A stretch of DNA of 64,000 nucleotides, taken from the NCBI GenBank assembly GCA_050178035.1, contig JBFXGK010000001.1, forward strand, positions 128,679-192,678, read 5' to 3'. The number at the start of each line of letters is the position of its first letter. Position 1 is the stretch's first letter. Below, in pieces: positions 10,757 to 20,250 of the stretch. Position numbers and translations under genes: made by a program. This DNA comes from Kiritimatiellia bacterium. Lineage in GTDB: Bacteria; Verrucomicrobiota; Kiritimatiellia; JAKQHR01. Under the pieces are notes generated by a model that saw only the letters and a program-made list of their open reading frames with translations, was not told the DNA's origin and did not search any database.

Positions 10757-10790
10757 AAAACGGCGCCGTCCATTCAGGCGGCGCCGTTTT
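10757..10790 (+). terminator. intrinsic terminator candidate downstream of eno
   Basis: aaaacggcgccg-tccattcagg-cggcgccgtttt: GC-rich perfect inverted repeat followed by TTTT. Confidence 0.55.
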
Positions 10791-10804
10791 GACTGGATAC
10801 AGGC

Positions 10805-11113
10805 ATGACATTCTGGGACATGGTAACCAAGATTACGTGGGCGATCCTGATCGGGCTGCTGATCGTGGTGGGGATCAGCATGTTCATTCCCAGGATCCGG
10901 GAATATCATGAATATCAGCGCACGGCCGCACGACTCGCCGAGGAGACGCGCCATGAGGAGGAAATGATCAAGCATTTGAAGATGCAGCAGGAGCGTTTTC
11001 AGACCGATCCCCGCTTTGTGGAGTACATCGCCCACGAGATGGGCATGGCAAAAACAAACGAAACGATTTTCACCTTCATTGACGATCTCCCGCCAGCGGG
11101 CTCCGCGCAGTGA
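10805..11113 (+). CDS. ftsB: septum formation initiator family protein (FtsB/DivIC-like)
   Basis: 102 aa; N-terminal TM helix, coiled-coil segment, C-terminal motif FVEYIAHEMGMAKTNETIFTF resembling the FtsB conserved region; eno-ftsB adjacency is common. Confidence 0.6.
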   Translation: MTFWDMVTKITWAILIGLLIVVGISMFIPRIREYHEYQRTAARLAEETRHEEEMIKHLKMQQERFQTDPRFVEYIAHEMGMAKTNETIFTFIDDLPPAGSAQ

Positions 11114-11301
11114 AGATTGACGCACATAAGAAATTCGGGAAACGGGAATGCCCGGCGTGCGCGTGCGAGGTTTCCGCCAACAGCAACCGCTGCCCGATCT
11201 GCGGATACCCGTTCCCCAACCCCACCCCCGCACGGCGGATGTTCAAGATCATTGCCGCGCTGGTCATGCTCGGACTTTTCCTGCTGCTGATCCTGCGGTA
11301 G
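11110..11301 (+). CDS. small zinc-ribbon membrane protein (hypothetical)
   Basis: 63 aa; CPAC...CPIC zinc-ribbon pattern then hydrophobic C-terminal helix; start overlaps previous stop (ATGA). Confidence 0.4.
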   Translation: MKIDAHKKFGKRECPACACEVSANSNRCPICGYPFPNPTPARRMFKIIAALVMLGLFLLLILR

Positions 11302-11339
11302 AGATAATCAGTTTATGCAATCCGGCGGAATTCGCCCGG

Positions 11340-12395
11340 TCAGGGGGCCGGGCCTGCAACATTTACGGACGAACAGCATTTCTTCTTCGCGGGTTTGCGG
11401 CCGGACCAGAGGGCGCAGCCCAGCACAGCGGCCAGCGCAGCCGTTGACACCAGCTTCATCCAGTACGGCATCATGGCGTGCGCCATGTGGTCCACATGCA
11501 CATGATCCGGGATGATCACGTTGTCCAGCAGCAGCCCGAAGGCCAGCGCCGAAACGGCGATGGTCGCCAGATAGATCAGAACGGACTTGTTGCCCATCAT
11601 GCTGCGGATGATGGCAATGGTGGCCGCATTGGTGGCGGGGCCGGTCATCAGGAACACAAACGCGGCACCCGGCGTGATGCCCTTCATCATGAACGCCGCC
11701 GCCACGGGCACGGAAGCTGTCGCGCAGACATAGACAGGAATGCCCATCAGCATCATCACCACCATGGACAGGAAGCCGGTGCCCAGATATTCCGCAAAGA
11801 AATCCTCGGGGATCAGCGCGGTGATCAGGGCCGCTACCGCGAGGCCGATCACCATGTCGCGCGCAATGTGCTTCGGGAGGGTGATAAAGCCGTGGCGAAG
11901 CCCGTCCAGAAACCGGTTTCTTTTGTGGTCATGCTTCGCGCAGCAGGGATCTTCGCAGGGCTCAGGCACCTGATCGGGTCCCTTCCCGGATGAAAAATCC
12001 ACCAGCCATCCGCCCAGGATTCCCGTCAGCAGGGCGGCAATGGGACGCACAATCGCAAACACCATTCCCAGCAGGCTGTAGGTTACAAAAATACTGTCCA
12101 CCCCGGTCTGCGGTGTGGAAATGAGGAAAGCGGTGGTGGCACCCCTGCTGGCGCCGTGCTTGCGGAGGGAGGCGGAGACGGGGATCACGCTGCAGCTGCA
12201 CAGCGGAAGCGGCACACCAAAAGCGGAGGCCTTGATCACCGGCCATATGCCGCGGCCGCCCAGATGGCGTTCCACCGTAGAGGCGGAGAGGAACATGGAA
12301 AGAATGCCGGCCACAAAGAATCCAAACAGGAGGTATGGGGACATCTGCACGAGCACGTCCCAGAACGAATTCAAGACAGCCCAAATAGTTTCCAC
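11340..12395 (-). CDS. permease, ArsP/DUF318-like (putative metal or metalloid transporter)
   Basis: 351 aa, polytopic; Cys motif PLPLCSCSVIP reminiscent of ArsP-type permeases. Confidence 0.65.
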   Translation of the reverse strand: METIWAVLNSFWDVLVQMSPYLLFGFFVAGILSMFLSASTVERHLGGRGIWPVIKASAFGVPLPLCSCSVIPVSASLRKHGASRGATTAFLISTPQTGVDSIFVTYSLLGMVFAIVRPIAALLTGILGGWLVDFSSGKGPDQVPEPCEDPCCAKHDHKRNRFLDGLRHGFITLPKHIARDMVIGLAVAALITALIPEDFFAEYLGTGFLSMVVMMLMGIPVYVCATASVPVAAAFMMKGITPGAAFVFLMTGPATNAATIAIIRSMMGNKSVLIYLATIAVSALAFGLLLDNVIIPDHVHVDHMAHAMMPYWMKLVSTAALAAVLGCALWSGRKPAKKKCCSSVNVAGPAP

Positions 12396-12445
12396 TTCAC
12401 TATCTCCTTCCAGTAAAAATACTGCACCGATGGCTTTAGATCAAC

Positions 12446-12925
12446 TCAGAGCACCTCTTTCAGGGCGGATTCGTAGACCGAACGGTGATTGAAACCGCTG
12501 ATCTGGCGGAGCTGGCGGCCGTTCTCATAAATGCGGACATCGGGAATGCCCACTATCCCGGCAGCCTGCGCTTCGGCTGCATGTTTGTCCACATTCACCC
12601 CGACAAAGAGCACGCGGCCGGCATAATCCCCCGCGAGCTTGTCCAGCACCGGCTTGAGGCTCTTGCAGGGTGGACACCAGTCGGCATAGTAATCAACAAG
12701 AACCGCGCGGTTGCTTTGGACAATCCCCGCGATGGTTTCGCCGGGGGCAGGCAGATAAATGTTTTGCGGGGTGCGGGTGCCGATTTCATGCCACGCAATC
12801 AAACCCGCGATCACAGCGCCGATGAAGGCGCCGTTCACGGGGGCCAGATGCAGTCTTTTCACCTTCAGGCACGCAATGAACCCAATCAGTGCCCCAAAGG
12901 CCGCCGTTAAAATCAGGATCAGCAT
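12446..12925 (-). CDS. membrane-anchored thioredoxin-family protein
   Basis: 159 aa; N-terminal TM helices, WCPPC active site. Confidence 0.8.
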   Translation of the reverse strand: MLILILTAAFGALIGFIACLKVKRLHLAPVNGAFIGAVIAGLIAWHEIGTRTPQNIYLPAPGETIAGIVQSNRAVLVDYYADWCPPCKSLKPVLDKLAGDYAGRVLFVGVNVDKHAAEAQAAGIVGIPDVRIYENGRQLRQISGFNHRSVYESALKEVL

Positions 12926-12928
12926 GGA

Positions 12929-13447
12929 TCAGTCCGCTGCGGGAGCGGCCGGCGGGACGAAGACGCGCGCGGCCAGCTCGCGGTCGAGCATGAACAGGCC
13001 CTGCTTGGAATCGCCGGAAATCCGGATCTGGTCAAGGATGCCTGTAGCGTTTTCTTCTTCCTCGATCTGCTCGGTGACAAACCACTGCACAAAGATTTCA
13101 GAGGCATAATCGCCGTCTTCGCGCGAAAGCTTCATCAGGTTGTTGATGCGGGAGGTGACATATTTCTCATGCTCCAGCGTCAGTTCAAAAAGCTCCTTCA
13201 TGGAGGTTCCCTTTAATTCAGGCTTTTCGATCGCTTCCATGACCGGCAGCGCGCCCTGGCTGCAGAGATATTTGAAGAACTTGTCGGCATGAGTCATTTC
13301 TTCCAGAACCTGGACATGGAACCAGTTTGCGCAGCCTTTATAACCCTGGGTTTCCGCCTGGGCGGACATGGCATAATACAAGTAGGCCGAATAGATTTCC
13401 TTGTTGATCTGCTCGTTGATGGCTTTTGCCAGTTTCTTCGATATCAT
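12929..13447 (-). CDS. ferritin (non-haem)
   Basis: 172 aa; ferritin-like four-helix ferroxidase signature (EIYSAYLYYAMS, LEEMTHADKF). Confidence 0.85.
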   Translation of the reverse strand: MISKKLAKAINEQINKEIYSAYLYYAMSAQAETQGYKGCANWFHVQVLEEMTHADKFFKYLCSQGALPVMEAIEKPELKGTSMKELFELTLEHEKYVTSRINNLMKLSREDGDYASEIFVQWFVTEQIEEEENATGILDQIRISGDSKQGLFMLDRELAARVFVPPAAPAAD

Positions 13448-13473
13448 CTGATCTGCTCCTTATCTAAGATGAA

Positions 13474-13497
13474 GCGGGGGCCGTCATCGGCCCCCGC
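13474..13497 (-). terminator. GC-rich hairpin between dfx and ferritin gene (possible terminator/attenuator)
   Basis: gcgggggccg-tcat-cggcccccgc perfect 10-bp stem; no strong U-tract, so weak as an intrinsic terminator. Confidence 0.35.
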
Positions 13498-13518
13498 GTT
13501 CAATTGCTTGATTATGGT

Positions 13519-13896
13519 TCAGGACTTCCAGAGGCCGTGCACGTTGCAATACTCGCGTGCCGATACATTCTTAGCGCTGATGCCTTCAAAAACGGCAACA
13601 GGCTGGTCGCCCGGCTTCAGGAATTTCCGTCCCACTTTGTCATCAAACTGAATTTCGATCCATTCAATATAGTGTTCCGGGAGCATGGGATGAAGCGTGC
13701 TTCCCACGGTGACCTTGTAGCCCGTGGCGGTTTTCTCGATCAAGGGAACATGCTTCTCCTTGGTCTTGTCCGCCGTCTGTTCCACCATGAGCTTCATGGG
13801 TTCGCCGCAGCAAACCAGTTCCCCGTCGCCGGCATGCAGGACGCTGACAATATTACTGCAGGCCGCACATTTATAGATTTCCAGTCGCTTTGTCAT
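13519..13896 (-). CDS. dfx: desulfoferrodoxin (2Fe superoxide reductase)
   Basis: 125 aa; N-terminal desulforedoxin Cys cluster ([10 protein letters not shown]...CCGEPM) plus SOR domain. Confidence 0.9.
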   Translation of the reverse strand: MTKRLEIYKCAACSNIVSVLHAGDGELVCCGEPMKLMVEQTADKTKEKHVPLIEKTATGYKVTVGSTLHPMLPEHYIEWIEIQFDDKVGRKFLKPGDQPVAVFEGISAKNVSAREYCNVHGLWKS

Positions 13897-13912
13897 TGTT
13901 CGCTCCTTGTTG

Positions 13913-14485
13913 TTACCAGTTTTCCGCCAACAGTTCGAAATGGGCCTGGGGATGGGCGCAGGCCGCGCAGATATCCGGGGCTTCTTTTCCGGTATGAATA
14001 TATCCGCAGTTCATGCAGCGCCAGACAACCGGTTTGTCTTTTTTGAAAACAGTCTGGGCGTCCACGTTGGCCTTGAGCCCGAGGAAGCGCTTCTCGTGCT
14101 GCTTCTCGGCGACGGCAATGGCTTCAAACACCTTCGCAATTTCGGGGAAACCCTCTTTGCGGGCGGTGTCGGCGTACGAGGGATACATCTCGGTCCACTC
14201 GTAGTGCTCGCCGGCTGCGCCGTGCTCAAGGTTCTCGGAGGTCGAGGCGATTGTTCCGGCCGGGAAGGACGCGGTGATCTCCACCTCGCCGCCCTTGAGA
14301 AACTTGTAAAGACGCTTTGCGTGCTCGCTTTCCTGATCAGCCGTCTCCTCGAAAACCTCGGAGATCTGGCGGAATCCCTCTTTTTTTGCCTTGCCCGCAT
14401 AAAAGGTATAACGGTTCCTTGCCTGCGATTCACCTGCGAATGCGGTCAGCAGATTTTTCTCCGTCTGGCTTCCTTTCAGTTCCAT
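13913..14485 (-). CDS. rbr: rubrerythrin
   Basis: 190 aa; diiron domain ([23 protein letters not shown]) plus C-terminal rubredoxin-like CxxC...CxxC. Confidence 0.95.
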   Translation of the reverse strand: MELKGSQTEKNLLTAFAGESQARNRYTFYAGKAKKEGFRQISEVFEETADQESEHAKRLYKFLKGGEVEITASFPAGTIASTSENLEHGAAGEHYEWTEMYPSYADTARKEGFPEIAKVFEAIAVAEKQHEKRFLGLKANVDAQTVFKKDKPVVWRCMNCGYIHTGKEAPDICAACAHPQAHFELLAENW

Positions 14486-14494
14486 TTTTCTCTC

Positions 14495-15643
14495 CTATGA
14501 CAATTTCTGTCCAAGCTGTTTTTCGTATTTTCTGAAATCCGCTGCGGACCCGGCCATTTGGATACCGACGAGTACGCCATCCTTCACCAGAAGGCCGCGG
14601 AAAATTTCAGCACTGTGCTCCAATATTACCGTATGAATCCCATTTGCGCAAGCCGGACCGATTGAATTTACGGCGAAGCCCGCGTGAGAGTAGAATATGG
14701 GCGAATCTGAAGGCTGGTGAGCCGACAGGGCCATTCCCTGCGCCGCCGAAAGCGCGTTGACTGCGGCCACCTTGCCCTGCAGCACGGCCTCCAGCGCGCA
14801 AAAGATATCTACATGGTCCCATTCAGCAATATCTCCGCAGGCAAAGACCGAAGGTGCGGATGCCTGCATCTTCATATCCACCCGTATCCCCTTCCCGCAA
14901 ACGAGCCCCGAGGATTTCGGAAGCGTCACATCGCGGCGCGCGCCCACCGCCAGCACCACCAGGTCCGCTGTCATCACGTCGCCGGACTCCATTATGAGTT
15001 GGAAATCCCCGGCATTCTGCCTGGCAATGGACGACACCGTGGTCCCCAGAAGGATTTTAACGCCCATCGACCGGAGTAAATTCTCGACGACTTCAGACGC
15101 ATCCGTGCACAAGTTGGACAGCATCAAATGCTCCAGGCGCTCCACCAGCACCACGTCCAGACCGGCAAGTGCTCCGCGATGCGCCACTTCCACCCCCAGA
15201 ATTCCGCCCCCGATCACCACCAACTTCCTGCCGGGAGCCAGCGTCCCGCGGATGTCTTCGGCATGCTCTATGTGCCATAGCGGATGAATATGTTTCCGCG
15301 CGGAATGCGCGAACGGCGGTATGGCTGGACCGGATCCGATGGAAAATATAATAGCATCATACGACTCTGTTCCCCGTCCGGATGTCAGGGTTCGCGCAGC
15401 TGAATCACAGGCCGTGACCGGAGTGTCCAGCCGCAAATCGATTTTGCGCGACGCATACCACGCCAAGTCATGCATCGTGATGTCCTCCAGCGAGGACTGC
15501 GCAAAAGCGTACCCGACCAGCTTGGGGCGGTAATACGGCAAGACCTTTTCCGCCGAATACAAATGGACTTCCGCTCCCTGCGCGGCGGCCGTTTCGGCCG
15601 CCTTCACGCCCGCATGGCCCGCGCCAATGATTCCCAGCTTCAC
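14495..15643 (-). CDS. NAD(P)H:rubredoxin oxidoreductase-like FAD-dependent pyridine nucleotide-disulfide oxidoreductase
   Basis: ORF 14495..15709; two Rossmann motifs (LGIIGAGHAG, LVVIGGGILGVE). Start set to GTG at 15643 (VKLGIIGAG), overlapping the PtsI-like stop (GTGA). Confidence 0.75.
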   Translation of the reverse strand: MKLGIIGAGHAGVKAAETAAAQGAEVHLYSAEKVLPYYRPKLVGYAFAQSSLEDITMHDLAWYASRKIDLRLDTPVTACDSAARTLTSGRGTESYDAIIFSIGSGPAIPPFAHSARKHIHPLWHIEHAEDIRGTLAPGRKLVVIGGGILGVEVAHRGALAGLDVVLVERLEHLMLSNLCTDASEVVENLLRSMGVKILLGTTVSSIARQNAGDFQLIMESGDVMTADLVVLAVGARRDVTLPKSSGLVCGKGIRVDMKMQASAPSVFACGDIAEWDHVDIFCALEAVLQGKVAAVNALSAAQGMALSAHQPSDSPIFYSHAGFAVNSIGPACANGIHTVILEHSAEIFRGLLVKDGVLVGIQMAGSAADFRKYEKQLGQKLS

Positions 15644-17253
15644 GAAACCGCCGCCTTTCGGACCGCGGGTATTGCGCGCGGGCTGCAGCTCACGGATTTT
15701 ATGCCGCATTCCATCAGTTTCCTGACCATCACCGGATCACTCGCCAGTTCGCCGCATACGGACAGCGACCGCCGGTGTTTTTCGGCGGCCGCTGCGATTC
15801 CGCGCAGCACCTGCCAGAACACCGGATGGTCAGAGGTGTATTCGTCAGTCACCAGCTCATTGCCGCGGTCCACCGCAAAAAGATATTGAGTAAGATCATT
15901 CGTGCCGATACTGGCAAATTGAGCCTCGGCCAGAATGGCATCCGCCTGAAGGGCGGCCGACGGGACTTCAAACATCACCCCGAATTCAATGCTGCCGGTT
16001 TTAATGTCCTCCACCATTTCTTTGAACATGTCGCGCAAGCGCCGGAATTGCGCAACATCAACGATCATGGGGAACATCACACGAACAGGGCCCTTCAGCG
16101 ATGCGCGTGCAATGGCACGCGCCTGATCACGAAACAGGTTCGGATGGCGGATCAGCAAACGGCTGCCGCGCAGGCCCAATGCGGGGTTTTCCTCCTTCGG
16201 AATCCTCATTGCCGGCAACGGCTTGTCTCCTCCGGCATCGAGCATCCGGAATGTGGTCACACGGCCTTCCATGGCCTCGACCACAGGCGCATAACGCGTA
16301 TACTGCGCTTCTTCAGACAGCAATTCGCCTGCGGATATGAATTCGAATTCCGTCCGGTAAAGTCCAATGCCCTCTGCCTTCATTTCGCGGGCTTCGGACA
16401 CTTCCCGGCCCAGTGTGATGTTGGCCATCACCTGAAGTTGCGGGACGGTGTCAACGGCTCCGTCACGGCGCGCCCTTCCCGCCTCGCAAGAGCAGGCGGC
16501 AATTGTTCTTTCATCCGGAGAAATGATCACTTCACCGGTGTCTCCATTCACAATCAGCTCTGTGCCGCAAGCAACGGTGCTGTGAATGTTCTTGATGCCG
16601 CTGACCGCGGGAATGCCCAGCGCGCGCGCAAGGATCGCAGCATGCGAGTTGACACCGCCATGTTCGGTGACAAATGCCAGAACCTCCCCGGTGTTCAAAC
16701 TGACGGTAAGGCTGGGCGTCAGCTCTTCGGCAATGACAATGCGGTTTTTGCCCCGGCGGCAGCGGCCGGCGCAACTGAACCCCGGTGCGGTATTGGACAG
16801 GTTGTCCAGCAGGCGGCGGCGAATCTCACCGATGTCAGACGCCCGCTCGCGAATGTACTCGTTGTCGAGAGCGCCCAGTTTCGTCTCATAGGCATCGAGC
16901 ACCGTATGAATCGCATTTTCAGCGTTGCGCAGGGCGGAACGGATGTGTTCGCGCAGCTGCTTAAGGATCATTGGATCCTCGACAATCATTTTCTGCGCAA
17001 CAAAAATGCCGGCCTCGGCCTGGCCCATCCGGTTTTCCACATGCGCGCGGATATTTTCAAGCTGCTGGGCTGTGGCTTCCACGGCATCTTCCATACGCTT
17101 GACTTCATCGTTGAGCTGTGCGGGTTCAATGGCGTAGTCGGGAACCTCCTGATGACGGTGATCATCAAAAAGGCAAACGCGGCCAAGGGCCACTCCTTTG
17201 CTCAGAGAAAGGCCTTGAACGCGTTTTTCAGCAGTTTTGTTTCCAGTGGCCAA
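15640..17253 (-). CDS. ptsI: phosphoenolpyruvate--protein phosphotransferase (PTS Enzyme I-like)
   Basis: 537 aa; EI motifs: catalytic His region GGVNSHAAILARALGIPAV, IGTNDLTQYLFAVDR, CGELASDP; N-terminal domain aligns with EI. Confidence 0.85.
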   Translation of the reverse strand: MATGNKTAEKRVQGLSLSKGVALGRVCLFDDHRHQEVPDYAIEPAQLNDEVKRMEDAVEATAQQLENIRAHVENRMGQAEAGIFVAQKMIVEDPMILKQLREHIRSALRNAENAIHTVLDAYETKLGALDNEYIRERASDIGEIRRRLLDNLSNTAPGFSCAGRCRRGKNRIVIAEELTPSLTVSLNTGEVLAFVTEHGGVNSHAAILARALGIPAVSGIKNIHSTVACGTELIVNGDTGEVIISPDERTIAACSCEAGRARRDGAVDTVPQLQVMANITLGREVSEAREMKAEGIGLYRTEFEFISAGELLSEEAQYTRYAPVVEAMEGRVTTFRMLDAGGDKPLPAMRIPKEENPALGLRGSRLLIRHPNLFRDQARAIARASLKGPVRVMFPMIVDVAQFRRLRDMFKEMVEDIKTGSIEFGVMFEVPSAALQADAILAEAQFASIGTNDLTQYLFAVDRGNELVTDEYTSDHPVFWQVLRGIAAAAEKHRRSLSVCGELASDPVMVRKLMECGIKSVSCSPRAIPAVRKAAVS

Positions 17254-17264
17254 AACGGCCTCAT

Positions 17265-17426
17265 CTATGCGACAGGCTCAAAGTCGCTTTTGGGAACACC
17301 GCATTCAGGACAAACCCAGCTGTCGGGAATGTCGGCAAAAGCGGTTCCGGGAGCAATCCCGTTGTCCGGATCTCCGACGGCGGGGTCATAAACGTATCCG
17401 CAGACGGTGCAAACATATTTCTGCAT
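17265..17426 (-). CDS. rubredoxin
   Basis: Not in ORF track (53 aa). Own translation: [53 protein letters not shown]; canonical CxxCG...WxCPxCG rubredoxin. Confidence 0.85.
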   Translation of the reverse strand: MQKYVCTVCGYVYDPAVGDPDNGIAPGTAFADIPDSWVCPECGVPKSDFEPVA

Positions 17427-17431
17427 GTTGT

Positions 17432-18640
17432 TCACTCCTGTTTGATCTGTTTACAGATTTCCAATGCCTGATCTGCAAGCATACTACCGGCTTCCCGGCA
17501 AAGCGCAAGATCATCTGCCCGCGGCACATATTGGACCTGGATGGGCTCGCGGAGAATCCGGACTTTCATATCCTCAAGATATTCATTCACCTCCTGTGCC
17601 CCGCCCTTCGCCCAGCCATACGATCCGAATGCGAATCCCGCCTTGCCGGCGGGCTTCAAGCCCTTGAGATACGTCAGCACGGCTGCCGCCTGCGGCATCA
17701 GCGTTCCGTTCAGCGTCGGCGACCCGAAAGCAAATGTTGCCGCATCCAGCATCTCCGTGGCCAGCGTGGTGGTGTTGCTTGCCCGGATGTAGAACAGCTT
17801 GGCGTCAACTCCGGGCTTTGCGGCGCCTTCCAGGATGGCGTGCGCCATTTTCTCGGTGCTTTTCCACATGGTGTCATAAATGACCAGCACCTTGGGCTTC
17901 GGTTTGCAGACCATCCATTCGCTGTAGGCCTGCATGATTTCCTTTACATGCCTGCGCCAAATCACCCCGTGGCTGGGGGCAATCATTTCGACGTCCAGCC
18001 CACCCACCCCGCTCAGCACGCGAGCGATGGGTTTGCTGTAGAGCATCAGGATGTTTGCATAGTATGTCTTTGCCTCGAACATGACCGTGTTCAGCGGTTC
18101 CTCATCGTCAAAGCGTCCGGATGAGGCATAATGCTGGCCGAAGCCATCCATCGAGAAAAGAATCTTTTCCTCCGGCACATAGGTGGCCATGGATTCCGGC
18201 CAGTGCGCCATCGGCGTTTCCACAAAGACCAGCGTCCGCTTGCCCAGGGAGAGTTTGTCTCCGTCTTTAACAATCTTGAACTTCCAGCCGGTGATGTCGT
18301 GATGAAGCGCAAGAGCCTTCTGGCATTTGTCATCACAGACAATCTCCGCCTGCGGACAGGCGGCCACAACTTCCGGAAGAGAACCGGCATGATCCAGCTC
18401 GGCGTGATTGCAGACAATGTAATCAATCTTCCGAAGATCAATCAGCCTGCGGACATTGTCCAGCAGCTGTTTGCCAAAACCGGCCTTGACGGTGTCAATC
18501 AGCGCGTTCTTGCCGTCACGCACCAGATAGGCGTTATAGGTGGATCCGCGACGGGTTTCGTATCCATGAAAATCGCGGACATTCCAGTCCACGTATCCCA
18601 CCCAGTCAATGTTGTTCCGCAGGCTCGTGTTCATATGCAA
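17432..18640 (-). CDS. flavodiiron protein (FprA / rubredoxin:oxygen or NO oxidoreductase)
   Basis: 402 aa; metallo-beta-lactamase-like diiron domain ([14 protein letters not shown]) plus C-terminal flavodoxin domain. Confidence 0.9.
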   Translation of the reverse strand: MHMNTSLRNNIDWVGYVDWNVRDFHGYETRRGSTYNAYLVRDGKNALIDTVKAGFGKQLLDNVRRLIDLRKIDYIVCNHAELDHAGSLPEVVAACPQAEIVCDDKCQKALALHHDITGWKFKIVKDGDKLSLGKRTLVFVETPMAHWPESMATYVPEEKILFSMDGFGQHYASSGRFDDEEPLNTVMFEAKTYYANILMLYSKPIARVLSGVGGLDVEMIAPSHGVIWRRHVKEIMQAYSEWMVCKPKPKVLVIYDTMWKSTEKMAHAILEGAAKPGVDAKLFYIRASNTTTLATEMLDAATFAFGSPTLNGTLMPQAAAVLTYLKGLKPAGKAGFAFGSYGWAKGGAQEVNEYLEDMKVRILREPIQVQYVPRADDLALCREAGSMLADQALEICKQIKQE

Positions 18641-18703
18641 TCTCCAGAATCAGCCCATATTAGACGCAACCGGCCGGGAGGTAAAGGTTCTTCGAACCGC
18701 GCA

Positions 18704-19045
18704 TCACGTCGCCGGCTGGCGAATCATGATCAGCAGCATTTTGAACTGCTTTTCCGCCCAGAGAGAATGCGGAACATTTGCCGGCATGATCACCAATTGC
18801 CCGGCCCGGGCAGTCAGCGGATTTCCGCCGATGTTGATAACCACCTCGCCGTCCAGAATCTGAACAGCCGCATCATACGGTGATGTGTGCTCGCTGAGCC
18901 CCTGCCCCGCATCAAAGGCAAACAGGGTCAATGAGCCCACGTCTTTGTTCATCAGAGTCTTGCTGACGACCGAACCGGAGGCATAGGCGACCTCTTGAAC
19001 AAGTTCAAGGGGCCGCCCTTTGTAGTCTTCGCTGCCCATGATCAC
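18704..19045 (-). CDS. cupin domain protein
   Basis: 113 aa; cupin motifs (GLSEHTSPYDAAVQILDGEV ... PANVPHSL). Confidence 0.65.
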   Translation of the reverse strand: MIMGSEDYKGRPLELVQEVAYASGSVVSKTLMNKDVGSLTLFAFDAGQGLSEHTSPYDAAVQILDGEVVINIGGNPLTARAGQLVIMPANVPHSLWAEKQFKMLLIMIRQPAT

Positions 19046-19410
19046 TCCGCGGGCGCGACAGGCGCTTCCGCCTCAGGGGCCTTTGAAACGCAGCCCGCTT
19101 TTTCCATCATCGGGCATCCGGCCTTGCCTTCAGCCTTCATGCTTTTGCAGCAGGCCATGCAACCAGGCGATCCCGCATGCTTTCCGCACTTCGGGCATAC
19201 CGCGGCGCCTTCTTTGCAGCACAGTTCCGAACCCGCAACCTGGCCGCATTTCCCGCACAGCGCGGGCGCAGCTTCCTCCGATGTCGAAGAGGCCTTCATT
19301 TCTGCTGCCGGTTCAACCGCCGCAGCGGCCTTCGCCGCGCAGCAGGGCCCGGCAAAGGAAACCGATGAAACGGCCAGCACCATTAAAATAACCATTATTC
19401 CGACTTTCAT
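19042..19410 (-). CDS. secreted cysteine-rich small protein (hypothetical, putative metal-binding)
   Basis: ORF 19042..19545; start set to ATG at 19410 (MKVGIMVILMVLAVSSVSFA signal peptide). Mature part has 14 Cys in CC and CxxC arrangements. Confidence 0.5.
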   Translation of the reverse strand: MKVGIMVILMVLAVSSVSFAGPCCAAKAAAAVEPAAEMKASSTSEEAAPALCGKCGQVAGSELCCKEGAAVCPKCGKHAGSPGCMACCKSMKAEGKAGCPMMEKAGCVSKAPEAEAPVAPAE

Positions 19411-19466
19411 AACACTCACCTTTCTTCCCTTGTGGGAATTGAAGTATACGCACCAGGGGCAATAAA

Positions 19467-20249
19467 TCAAATGGCCTTGATCGAAAGAATGTCGCCGGTG
19501 AGACTCATGACCGCTTCTTCCACCACCAAATCCTCCCGCCCGCATCTTTCAGCGGCAGCGCGAACCATCATGGTCAGTCCACCGCAGCAGGGAACCTGCA
19601 TTCTGACGACAATGACTTTGGGGATGGACGGCTCAGCAAATATATCGGCCATTTTTTCCACATAGCCGTCTGTACGATCCAGCTTTGGGCAGGCTACAAC
19701 CAAGCCCCTGCCCCGCAGAAAACGCCAGTGCACGTCAGCCGAGGCGATTGGTCCGCAGGTGCTCATCACCACCAGCTCGCGGTTCTTGAAGAACGGCGCA
19801 CCCGCCTGCACCAGATGCAGCTGCACAGGCCACTGCTGAAGCTCCGACGGAATCGCCGTGGGCATCTGCGCGTGGGTCGCCACCGCCGGCTTTGCGGCGG
19901 GAGCATCCGGCACACGCATGCGTGTGCCGGGACATCCCCCGCCCGACGGGGCCAGGCCATGCTTTTTCCCCGCCTCGTCGAACTTCACAACCGCCGCCGC
20001 GCCCTGAGTCTCCGCCACATGCATGCGCGTGGCATTGAAGTCAAAACCATCCGCCTCGCGCTCTTCAATGGTCAGCGCGCCGGTCCGGCATTCACCGATG
20101 CAGTCTCCGAAACCATCGCAGAACTGCTCCTTGACCAGTTTTGCCTTGCCGTTGACGATCTTCAGCGCGCCCTCTGCGCAGGATGTGACGCATTCGCCGC
20201 ATCCGTTGCAGAGGTCTTCATTGATCCTGATGATCTTGCGCTTTGCCAT
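19467..20249 (-). CDS. 4Fe-4S dicluster domain-containing protein
   Basis: 260 aa; N-terminal CNGCGECVTSCAEGAL and CDGFGDCIGECRTGAL ferredoxin motifs; further Cys pairs C-terminally; directly downstream of hcp. Confidence 0.7.
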   Translation of the reverse strand: MAKRKIIRINEDLCNGCGECVTSCAEGALKIVNGKAKLVKEQFCDGFGDCIGECRTGALTIEEREADGFDFNATRMHVAETQGAAAVVKFDEAGKKHGLAPSGGGCPGTRMRVPDAPAAKPAVATHAQMPTAIPSELQQWPVQLHLVQAGAPFFKNRELVVMSTCGPIASADVHWRFLRGRGLVVACPKLDRTDGYVEKMADIFAEPSIPKVIVVRMQVPCCGGLTMMVRAAAERCGREDLVVEEAVMSLTGDILSIKAI

Positions 20250-20250
20250 A

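Noticed and set aside
15775-17391. 538-aa + strand ORF
   Set aside because: Antisense to the PtsI-like gene and the rubredoxin gene; low-complexity His/Arg/Gly-rich translation with no domain signature.
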